Shown here one piece after another: positions 7,630 through 18,510 of a stretch of 26,462 nucleotides of DNA. Below the pieces are notes generated by a model. It saw only the letters and a list, made by a program, of their open reading frames with translations, was not told the DNA's origin and did not search any database. The stretch spans positions 1 through 26,462 of the forward strand of contig JAYUUO010000241.1 of the NCBI GenBank assembly GCA_043754515.1. The letters are read 5' to 3'. The position numbers and the translations under genes were made by a program. This DNA comes from Armatimonadota bacterium. GTDB lineage: Bacteria; Armatimonadota; Armatimonadia; Armatimonadales; Armatimonadaceae. Each line of letters opens with the position of its first letter. Position 1 is the first letter of the stretch.

Positions 7630-9180
7630 TTATTCGACGTCACTGACGTTGGAGAAGCCGACCACCGTCGAGAATACGCCGTCCTGTTTGGAATCGAGAT
7701 AGCCGACGTTTAGCGCGATCTTAATTTTGTTGTCCCCCGGGTTCAGGTAGCGCTTCCCCATGAAGTGCAGGGCCTCGTATCGCGTGAAGTACTTGGGAGT
7801 GTCTCTGTTAAGGATGGGCGCGGCCTTCCAGAGAAAGTCCCCGAGGACCCCTATTGTGATGGCTCGCCGCTCCGTCGCGTCCAGCCCCGCGACGGGCATG
7901 CCTTTCTTCCCCGCCGCGACGATCTCGCGCTCGTACTTCTATCGCAGGAGCCGCACCGCCTCGCTCAAATACAGGACGATCGTCGTCTTCTTCACGTCGT
8001 CGGGGGACAGACTCACCGTTGCGATGATGTCCCAATCCGCCTTCGGCACGAGTTTGTCTGGGGTCTTGTTCGTGAGTATCCGCGCCAAGGGGGAGGGCAA
8101 CGCGCCGAGGATGGCTTCCTTGACGTTGCCGATGTTGACGGGAGAGAGGCACGGGCGGGCGATGATCTGTTCCCCGGACCGCGCGTGGCGAACCCGCAGG
8201 TCGTAGACCGAGGCGAGGGCGAAGGCGGCTTGCTCGGGGGTAAGTCGGTCGAGTCCCACCACCGTGACCGGCTTATCCGCGAACCCGTCCCCCAACTCGA
8301 ACGTGACCCCGGTGCCTAGCTTCGCGAGTCGGTTGAGCCGCGCGAACTCCTCGCCGAGCGTTGACGGTGCCTCGGCGGGCATTACATATCCCGATGTCGG
8401 CGCGGTGCTTTTCGCACTACTGTTGCCATAGTTGAGCGGCTGATCGCTCAGCGAACGCTCGACATCCGGGCGGCTCTTCTCGTTCCAACTGATGACCGCG
8501 TCGTTCCACGTTGCCTTGTGAAGCGCGCCGTTCGGCAGTTCCGACAGGTCGTATGCCGCGTACCTCGCCGTGTCGCTCAGGTCGAATAGATACGTGGAAA
8601 CGAGCATATCGCTCGCCTTATCCTTCTGCGCGGGCGTGAGTCGCGCCAGCGGGAGGGGCGTGTTCTCCATCGCCGCGACCTGCTCGGGCGACAGCGACCG
8701 GAAGAAGGACTGGACGTATGGCTCCCTGGAGTCGGTGGTGTCCCCCGGCTCTACCGGGCGCATCAGCCCGGATAGGAGGGACGCCACTTCGCGCAGGGAG
8801 GCGCGGCATTCGCTAATCGTCACGCATGGTATGTCGCGCGGATTTGAGTAGCGTTTCTGGAGAAGAAAGACGCCGCGCGCCTTCCGCGCGTCATAGTTTG
8901 CCGCGTCCGCGAGGAGCGCGACCTTTGTCTCGGTCGGGGTGGCGGCGTAGGCGGTGCCGGTCGTGATCGCGGCGTCGAAGGCGAGTGGGGCACCTTCGGC
9001 GACGATGGCAATCCCGCTGTCAGCGGATAGGCTCTTGATCACGGCCTGGAAGTGCGCCGCCGCCGAATCCGGCGGGGGCGGGTTGTCCTCGGCTCTCGCG
9101 CCGGGGCTTGACAGTAGGCATAGGAGGAGCAACAGACACAAAGCGTGGCGTTTGATTCTATCGGCGAAGATGAGTGGCAT
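7630..9180 (-). pseudogene. Secreted hypothetical protein interrupted by an in-frame TAG at 7939-7941
   Basis: Signal peptide ending ARA-E and SD GGAGG upstream. ORFs 7939..9180 and 7630..7899 are in the same frame (VRLLR*KYEREIVAAGKKGMPVAGLDATERR). An (L/M)P(L/V)AxLxxx(Q/E)-like motif occurs on both sides of the stop. Confidence 0.7.
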
Positions 9181-9269
9181 AATATCCTCCGTGGGAACGG
9201 GAAGTCGCGTCCCCGCGGGTTGCTCTCACGACGGCGTGATCCCGAGAGCAATCCGCGCGGCCTGGCGGA

Positions 9270-9983
9270 TCAGAGTGTGTAGACGATATTCGCCGTCGAA
9301 CTAGTGTCGAACGTGCTCCCGACTCCATAGGCATTGCCATTGGAGGTGGCTTGCAGTGTGAAAGCACGTCCTTGCACACTTGGCCCTCTGGGTCCCGTGG
9401 GTTTTGTACCAGGGGAGGGCAGACCGAGCGTGCCGAGTGTGTAGTACATACTCAAGGTGCCCCCTTCCGAATCGAGATACGCGCTTCTTCCCTGTCCGCC
9501 ATTGCCAATTAGTTTCACAAAGCCCCTGATGCTTGGAGATAGAATCGGAGGGGTGCCAGCCCCGCTGTAATTAAACAGTTGAACACAGTTGGCTTTGAAG
9601 CCTATCGTCGCCTGGACGCTCTGTTCCCCAGCGGGAACGGTTCCCGACGCATGGGAGAAAACCTCCGAGATAGCGGAGGAAAGGTACCCGTCAGCCGCGC
9701 CGCCCTTGGTCTTGAACGGGTACCCCGTAGACGAGTATCCGGGTGGGAAGGATATAGTACACACTCCTATCGACCACTGCGCGTGCGCCGGTTGTGCGAG
9801 TGCCAACAGAGTCGTGGCGACCAGGAAGAAACCAACGAGAGCAGGGCGACAAGCCGTCGCTCGACACGTGAATACTGATATAACAGCCTCTTTTGGGCGG
9901 GTCATGGCATGCTGGACAGACCGTTCGTGTCCAATAGACGGATGGCAATAACCGAGATTCGCTACGAAGAGATCATTTACCAC
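9270..9983 (-). CDS. Secreted hypothetical protein (Gly/Ser/Thr-rich, beta-rich); start uncertain and possibly truncated
   Basis: A hydrophobic signal peptide ending AQPAHA-Q lies about 45-67 aa into the ORF, so the real start is probably downstream (e.g. MTRPKE). Codon usage is visibly more AT-rich than valS. Confidence 0.55.
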   Translation of the reverse strand: MVNDLFVANLGYCHPSIGHERSVQHAMTRPKEAVISVFTCRATACRPALVGFFLVATTLLALAQPAHAQWSIGVCTISFPPGYSSTGYPFKTKGGAADGYLSSAISEVFSHASGTVPAGEQSVQATIGFKANCVQLFNYSGAGTPPILSPSIRGFVKLIGNGGQGRSAYLDSEGGTLSMYYTLGTLGLPSPGTKPTGPRGPSVQGRAFTLQATSNGNAYGVGSTFDTSSTANIVYTL

Positions 9984-10142
9984 TTCGTAACGATCACGGG
10001 GTCAACATACCTCCCGGTTCGAGACCTGGCAAGTGGGATTTTGCGTTCTCGTAAGCAGTGTGCTACGAACCGGCCCTCCTCCACGCGCGCATCGGCGTTG
10101 CTCACCCGCCGCGTTCCCGCCGTGCACGCCTACTCTTCCCCG

Positions 10143-10172
10143 TTGACGCCCCCCGCCCCGACGGGGTACAAT
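10143..10172 (+). promoter_or_regulatory. sigma70-type promoter of the valS leader
   Basis: TTGACG (10143-10148), an 18-nt spacer, then TACAAT (10167-10172), directly upstream of T-box stem I. Confidence 0.75.
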
Positions 10173-10190
10173 GCCGCACAACTTCATACG

Positions 10191-10462
10191 GGCGTTAACG
10201 GGGAAGAGTAGGCGTGCATCCTATCACCAGAGAGTCGCGGTCATCGGCTGGAAGCCGCGACAGTACATAGGTTCCGCCGAAGGTCACCCCCGTCGCCAGT
10301 CAGGCCCGCGCTCCTGATCCGAAATAAACAGCGCGTGCTTTAAGTGCGGGTGGGGTTCGCCCCCGCCCGAACCGGGGTGGTACCGCGCGTGGTTTTTGGA
10401 AACGAAGCCTCGCGTCCTCGGACGTCGTTTCGCCACGACTCCGTGTGGACGCGAGGCTTTTT
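10191..10462 (+). ncRNA. T-box riboswitch, transcriptional, Val specifier GUC
   Basis: Stem I (10191-10297) has AGTA/GAA loop-E elements, an AGAGAG bulge and a GCTGGAAG apical motif. Specifier GTC-A is at 10283-10286. T-box GGGTGGTACCGCG is at 10375-10387, with antiterminator partner CGCGTCCTCGG and an overlapping terminator. Confidence 0.93.
10405..10462 (+). terminator. Intrinsic terminator (attenuator) of the T-box leader
   Basis: 13-bp stem AAGCCTCGCGTCC / GGACGCGAGGCTT running into a T tract; mutually exclusive with the antiterminator. Confidence 0.85.
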
Positions 10463-10492
10463 CGTGTCTGCGGCGTCCAGAACAAGGAAACT

Positions 10493-13197
<2,705 letters not shown>

Positions 13198-13201
<4 letters not shown>

Positions 13202-13384
13202 GGGCGTGTCGGGTGGCGGCGCGGTGGGTGGCGGCGCGCTCGGGGCGGGGGGAGGCGGTCGCGGTCGTCGTGCGGACAATGAATTGTTCCGCTGAAAGCA
13301 CTGCGTGCTGTAGACCCTTCGGGTCGCGCTTGTGGGGGGAGCGGGACGGGCCGCGTTTGCCGAAACGCCACCCGACACGCCCCT
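13198..13384. repeat. REPIN-like element: GTAG followed by a 19-bp perfect inverted repeat (13200-13218 / 13366-13384)
   Basis: AGGGGCGTGTCGGGTGGCG ... CGCCACCCGACACGCCCCT. The GTAG at 13198-13201 contains the valS TAG stop. Confidence 0.65.
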
Positions 13385-13432
13385 GCCCGCTCCCACGCGC
13401 AACCGAACTTACTTTCCGAACGTCTATCACCC

Positions 13433-14701
13433 ATGACAGATCGCCGCCGCAACCTTGCTATCACGCTCGCCCTCGTTCCGTTCTGGGTGCCGCTGGTCTG
13501 GTACGCGTATGAGCGAGCCGCTCCGGTTGTGATCGTCGCCCCACCGCGCCCACCAATGCCACGCGCGAACGCGTTCCCGCTACTGCAAACTGCCGCGTCG
13601 AAGATCACGCGCTCGCCCGAAGTTACCGATGCGAGCCTGATCGTGCCGTGTCCCCGTGTCTTCACGCACGCCGAAAAGCACGGACTGGTCACCGAAAATG
13701 CCGTGCCGCTCCGCGAGACGATGGCCGCGCTCCGTCTGCCGTACCAGGAAGTGAACACCACGGTGTCGCTATCCCACCAGCCGAACCGCCGCCCGTTTCG
13801 AGACCTCGCGCGGCTACTCACGTTGGCAGGCGATGTCGCGTGGGAGGAAGGGCGGCAACGAGAGGCAACCGACTACTACCTGGCCTCCGTGACACTCGGG
13901 CGGCGGATACCGAACCAGACTGGACTTCAGGGACAGGCGAATGGTCTCACTTGCGAGAGTATCGGGCGCGGTCATCTCTGGCGACAGCGAAGCAGCATGG
14001 ACGTCGCGACAACAATGTATTGCCTCGGTCACCTCAACGCGCTGGCCGTTGAGCGGGTTCCGCTCTCTGTTTCACTTCAGGAAGAGAAATACTCCCTGCT
14101 CAGCGGCACCTTTGAGATGATAGATCATCCCGAGCGGAACCCCCTTCCGCGCTCTAGCGACGACGGTTCGGATGAGCCGAAGGCGGAGGCTACGCACCCA
14201 AGCTACTCCGAAGTCGTGCCGAGGAAGTACATCGCCGACACGCTTGCGGCGCACATGGACGCGCTCATCGCCCAGTCTCGTCAGCCGTACATTAAAGGGA
14301 ACAGCGATATCGAGCCGCCACGGGAACTGTTCACCATTATCGTCTCGCCCTTTACAACAGGAAATCGTTTCCACTACGCCATGAGCCAGACGGGGGACGC
14401 GCTCCTGCGAACCGTGCTCGCGCTACGCGTCTACCGATCCCGAACCGGACACCTCCCGGCCCGCCTCGCCGACCTCACGCCCGGATTATTACCCGCCGTC
14501 CCGGACGATCCGTTCGCGTCGCCGGGAGCACCGCTCCGCTACGTCGCCCTGCCGGACGGTCACTACACCCTGTACAGCATTGGCCCCGACGGGGTTGATG
14601 ACGGCGGCACGACGATTCGTGTCAAGTCGGTGAAGGGGTACGATCGCGGCGCGGGGAGCGACAGCAAGGGCGACATAGTCGCGGGCTGGTGCCGGTACTG
14701 A
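13433..14701 (+). CDS. Membrane-anchored hypothetical protein with a GspG-like C-terminal motif
   Basis: N-terminal TM helix, a helical body, and C-terminal GHLPARLADL...LPAVPDDPF...YTLYSIGPDGVDDGG. No prepilin G/FxxxE site. Confidence 0.7.
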   Translation: MTDRRRNLAITLALVPFWVPLVWYAYERAAPVVIVAPPRPPMPRANAFPLLQTAASKITRSPEVTDASLIVPCPRVFTHAEKHGLVTENAVPLRETMAALRLPYQEVNTTVSLSHQPNRRPFRDLARLLTLAGDVAWEEGRQREATDYYLASVTLGRRIPNQTGLQGQANGLTCESIGRGHLWRQRSSMDVATTMYCLGHLNALAVERVPLSVSLQEEKYSLLSGTFEMIDHPERNPLPRSSDDGSDEPKAEATHPSYSEVVPRKYIADTLAAHMDALIAQSRQPYIKGNSDIEPPRELFTIIVSPFTTGNRFHYAMSQTGDALLRTVLALRVYRSRTGHLPARLADLTPGLLPAVPDDPFASPGAPLRYVALPDGHYTLYSIGPDGVDDGGTTIRVKSVKGYDRGAGSDSKGDIVAGWCRY

Positions 14702-14936
14702 GTCGGGCTTCCGGTGTCCGCGCTTAGGGCGGCGGGAGGCCGAACGAGCCGGGCGAGGCCCGAACGAGCCAAGCCTCCCCCCACCGGCCCCAGGCGGCCC
14801 CAGAGGTTTGGCGCGCGGGAGGCCGACGCGCGGCCTCGCCCAATCCATCCGAGGGTACGTCGTGTTCCCACGTTAGCCTCGCATCCCCCGTTTGGTTTGA
14901 ACCAGCGGTATAGGGTGATATAAAGGGTGGGCTATT

Positions 14937-16706
14937 ATGAACACGAACCGAAATGTTTTGATCGGGACCGCCGTGGTGCTCACCGCTGGGGTCGGCACAT
15001 GGATGGTCACGCGCGGCGGCGCGAAGGCGGAAGTCACTTACCGCACCGTGGCTGTCGAGCGCACCAACCTGCGCAAGACCGTCTCCGCCACCGGGTTTGT
15101 TCAGCCGTTGACCACCGTAGACATCAAATCGCGGGCGGGCGGCGAGGTCAAGAAACTCGCCGTAGACATCGGAACGTTCGTGAAGCCAGGCGACCTGATC
15201 GCGAGGATCGATCCGACGGATTCGCTCACCGCCTATAATCAGGCGCAGTCGGATGTCGCCGCCTCCAACGCCCGCGTGACACAGGCGCAACAGACCGAGC
15301 AGTTGCAACGTCTGACCGCAGTGACCGCGATCACGCAGGCCGAAGCCGGTGTGGCCGCCGCGCAGGCACGCTACGGTCAGGCGTTGCAACAGGCCAAGGT
15401 CCAGCCCGCCCTCACAGACGCCGCGATCAAGCAGGCACGGGCGAGCCTGGTCGCCGCGCGCGAGCAACTTGGGCAACTCAAGAACGGCGGCGATCCGCAG
15501 ACGCGCGCCGATGTTCGGTCGTCGCTCGCGACCGCCGAGGCGAACCTGGCGAACGCCGAACTCGCGGTCAAGCGGCAGGAGTCGCTCCTTTCTAAAGGCT
15601 TCGTGTCCGAGTCGGCGGTGGATCAGGTACGTACCCAGCGAGACATAGCGCGGGCGCAGGCGGAAGGTGCTCGCGTCCGGGGCAACACGGTCGGCGTCTC
15701 GCAGAAGTCAGTGATCGCGACCGCTGCGGCGCGCGTCGCCGAGGCGGTCGCCGCGCTCCGCTCTGCCGAGGCGCAGAAGGTACAGATCGGATTACGCGAC
15801 CAGGACGTCGCGAACGCCCAAGCCGCCTTGCTCCAGGCGCGCGCGAACCGGGACACCGCGCTCGCGAACCGGGCGCAGATCGGCATCCGCGCCGCCGACA
15901 TTCAGTCCGCCAAAGCGCAGACCGCCCGCTCCCAGGCGCAGTTCAGCAACGCCCAAGTGCAACTCGACTCGACCACAATACGCGCGCCCCGCGCCGGGGT
16001 GATCCTGCAAAAGTACGTGGAAGAGGGCACCATTATTACGTCCGGGCAGTCGTTCAACTCGGTCGGCACCAGCATCGTGCAGATCGGCGACCTGTCGCGC
16101 ATCTTTGTTAATGCACAGGTGGACGAAGCCGACATCGCGCAACTCGCAAAAGGGCAGAAGGTAAAAGTGCGGCTGGACGCGTTCCCGGATCAGGATTTCG
16201 CGGGGGTTGTGCGCCGCATTGACCCGCGCGGCAGCACCGACCAGAACGTGACCACTGTCTTGACGCAGGTCGAAATCCTGCACCCGGATAAGCGCCTACG
16301 CCCCGGTCTCAACTCGGAGTGTGAGTTCGTAGTCGCCGAGAAAGACAATGTTCTGGCGATCCCATCCCGCGCGGTTCGCAACAAAGACGGCAAGAAATTT
16401 GTGCTGGTGCTGACGCCTGACCCTGAGAAGAAGAAAGCGTCCGAGGGCGGCGGTCATGGGGAGGGCGGTGGCGGCGAAATGGGCAAAACCACCGAGTATG
16501 AGGTACGGACGGGGCTTGAGGCGGGCGACACGATCGAGATCGTGAGCGGTATTAATGAGGGCGATAAGATAGTCACCGCGACGATTGACCCGAACGCGCG
16601 GAAGGACGGCGGCGGGGGCGCGGGGCGTCCCGGCGGTGGTAAGGGCGGCCCTCCGGGCGGGATGGGCGGCGGGCCGGGTAAGCCAGGCGGGTTCGGCGGG
16701 CGGTAG
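14937..16706 (+). CDS. Efflux periplasmic adaptor (membrane fusion protein, MacA/YknX-like) with a long alpha-hairpin and Gly-rich tail
   Basis: N-terminal TM helix; VSATGFVQP..VDIKSRAGGEV lipoyl half; long Ala/Gln coiled coil; TIRAPRAGVI; VDEADI; LRPGLN; VRTGL. Confidence 0.9.
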   Translation: MNTNRNVLIGTAVVLTAGVGTWMVTRGGAKAEVTYRTVAVERTNLRKTVSATGFVQPLTTVDIKSRAGGEVKKLAVDIGTFVKPGDLIARIDPTDSLTAYNQAQSDVAASNARVTQAQQTEQLQRLTAVTAITQAEAGVAAAQARYGQALQQAKVQPALTDAAIKQARASLVAAREQLGQLKNGGDPQTRADVRSSLATAEANLANAELAVKRQESLLSKGFVSESAVDQVRTQRDIARAQAEGARVRGNTVGVSQKSVIATAAARVAEAVAALRSAEAQKVQIGLRDQDVANAQAALLQARANRDTALANRAQIGIRAADIQSAKAQTARSQAQFSNAQVQLDSTTIRAPRAGVILQKYVEEGTIITSGQSFNSVGTSIVQIGDLSRIFVNAQVDEADIAQLAKGQKVKVRLDAFPDQDFAGVVRRIDPRGSTDQNVTTVLTQVEILHPDKRLRPGLNSECEFVVAEKDNVLAIPSRAVRNKDGKKFVLVLTPDPEKKKASEGGGHGEGGGGEMGKTTEYEVRTGLEAGDTIEIVSGINEGDKIVTATIDPNARKDGGGGAGRPGGGKGGPPGGMGGGPGKPGGFGGR

Positions 16707-16959
16707 TTGGTTTGTGGAGCGGGGGCTTGTTGGTTGTCGTGTCGCGCCCTCTCCCCCTAACCCCATCTCCCTCCGAAGGGAGAGGGGGAACCCGGAGGGT
16801 TCCGAACAACCAGTGTGGCGTGCGCTGTGACCGGAATGCGTAAATCCCCACGGGAACCCTCCGGGTTCCCCCTCTCCCTTCGGAGGGAGAGGGGGTTAGG
16901 GGGAGAGGGCGCGACACGACAACCAACAAGCCCCCGCTCCACAAACCAACTACCGCCCG
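16697..16959. repeat. 263-bp palindrome: 107-bp arms (16697-16803, 16853-16959) with one mismatch and a 49-bp spacer
   Basis: The arms are reverse complements except at 16765 (A vs C). Each arm contains nested CCCCCTCTCCCT-N4-AGGGAGAGGGGG and GGAACCC-N3-GGGTTCC hairpins. Confidence 0.97.
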
Positions 16960-17018
16960 ACAGATGTGCCTAACAACAAAAAGTGCCATGTGTAGAATTG
17001 TTCAGGAGAGCCTATTGT

Positions 17019-18434
17019 ATGTTTGATCCCTTCGGAAATATAACCAACGCCGCGATAGCGGACCCGATCACGCGCAAGGAGCAGGACACCGCGCCGTCCC
17101 CGTCGCCGCGCGTCACGAACCGCGTGCAGCCTGCGCCGTCCAGCCCGCACCCGAAAAGTAGTACGCCCTACCCGAAGCCGAACCAGAAGCGGGTCGGGGG
17201 GAGCATGCCGCTATCGGAGAACCTGCGCGTCGCGTTCGGCGGGATCGCGGCTAACAAATTGCGCGCGATGCTGACCATGCTCGGCGTTATTATCGGCGTC
17301 GCCGCCGTGATCGCGATGATCGCGGTCGGCGAAGGGGCGCGCCAGAAGACGCTCGCGCAGATCAAGGCACTCGGCACCAACCTCCTGCTCGGCGAGCCGG
17401 AGCGGCGGCGGGTCGGTGCGGTGCGTGGACGCGCCGGGACGTGGAACCGTTTGAAACTCGAGGACCTGGAGAAGTTCGGGCCGGACGCCACTCCCGCCGT
17501 GCTGAACGTTTCGCCCGAGATTACGACCTCGATCCAGGTCAAAGCCGGGAACCAGAACGCCGACACGAACTTGTTCGGCGTCTGGGCGGACTGGTTCGAG
17601 ATCCGCAATCACAAAGCCGCTATGGGCCGTCTCTTCACCAAAGACGAGGAAAAGAAAAAGGCGAAGGTGGTCGTGCTAGGCTGGTCCGTGTACGAGCAAC
17701 TGTTCCCGAATCACGACGACCCCATCGGAAAATTGATCCGGGTCAACAACATCGGCGTCCAGTGCATCGGCGTGCTCGCGCCCAAAGGCTCCAGCGGCAA
17801 CCAGAATAACGACGACGTGGTCGTCGTGCCCGCCGGGACCGCGCAGAAGCGGCTTCTCAATTTCTGGCAGGGGCGCGTACGCCAGTTCTCCGCGCAGGCG
17901 GTGTCCGAGGATAAAATGGGCGACGCGCAACAGCAGATTGACGGGCTGTTCCGCAAGCAGTACCGCGTGAAGCCGGGCGATCCGGGCACGATAACGGTGC
18001 GCTCGCAGTCCGAGATCGCGCAGTTCGCGAATGAAACCGGCTCGACATTCACCGCGCTTCTCGCCTCCATCGCCGGGGTTTCACTCTTGGTCGGCGGCAT
18101 CGGGATTATGAACATCATGCTCGTGTCGGTGACGGAGCGCACCAAAGAGATCGGCGTGCGCAAGGCGATCGGGGCGAAGCGGCGCGACATCCTGCTTCAG
18201 TTTTTGATCGAGGCGATGGCACTTTCCGTGCTAGGCGGGATCATCGGCATCGGGCTGGGCGTCGGCATCGCGCTGACATTGCCCCGGCTAAACGCGGATA
18301 CGACCACGATCCTGACGCTTCCGCCCGTACTCCTGTCGTTCGGGTTCTCGGCGGCGGTCGGCGTGTTCTTCGGGTTCTATCCCGCGCTCAAGGCGTCGAA
18401 ACTTGACCCGATTGTCGCATTGCGGTATGAATAG
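17019..18434 (+). CDS. MacB/YknZ-like ABC permease (MacB_PCD + FtsX), no nucleotide-binding domain; the start may instead be at MPLSENLR about 190 nt downstream
   Basis: NKLRAMLTMLGVIIGVAAVIAM, GRLFT, SLLVGGIGIMNIMLVSVTERTKEIGVRKAIGA and KASKLDPIVALRYE. AGGAG precedes ATG 17019. Confidence 0.93.
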   Translation: MFDPFGNITNAAIADPITRKEQDTAPSPSPRVTNRVQPAPSSPHPKSSTPYPKPNQKRVGGSMPLSENLRVAFGGIAANKLRAMLTMLGVIIGVAAVIAMIAVGEGARQKTLAQIKALGTNLLLGEPERRRVGAVRGRAGTWNRLKLEDLEKFGPDATPAVLNVSPEITTSIQVKAGNQNADTNLFGVWADWFEIRNHKAAMGRLFTKDEEKKKAKVVVLGWSVYEQLFPNHDDPIGKLIRVNNIGVQCIGVLAPKGSSGNQNNDDVVVVPAGTAQKRLLNFWQGRVRQFSAQAVSEDKMGDAQQQIDGLFRKQYRVKPGDPGTITVRSQSEIAQFANETGSTFTALLASIAGVSLLVGGIGIMNIMLVSVTERTKEIGVRKAIGAKRRDILLQFLIEAMALSVLGGIIGIGLGVGIALTLPRLNADTTTILTLPPVLLSFGFSAAVGVFFGFYPALKASKLDPIVALRYE

Positions 18435-18510
18435 GGGGAGAACCCCGCCGCCCGTTCCCGGCCCGCTATAGGTACGCGGCGCAAGAACGGGCGGGGGCTC
18501 GCCTGTCGCC

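Noticed and set aside
1943..7941. Genome-wide TAG recoding, suggested by in-frame TAGs at 1943 and 7939
   Set aside because: TAG terminates valS, the adaptor, two permeases and the glycosidase at the expected C-termini, so nonsense mutations are the simpler explanation.
10445..10492. valS start at GTG 10445
   Set aside because: It lies inside the T-box terminator; ATG 10493 has an SD and gives a typical ValS N-terminus.
16697..16959. Retron msr-msd, integron attC or classical MITE
   Set aside because: No reverse transcriptase or integrase in the window, no paired attC core sites, and no target-site duplication.
16296..16989. ORFs across the palindrome (16296..16766, 16573..16989, 16757..16942)
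   Set aside because: These are translation by-products of the repeat (PLPLTPSPSEGRGG-type peptides on both strands).
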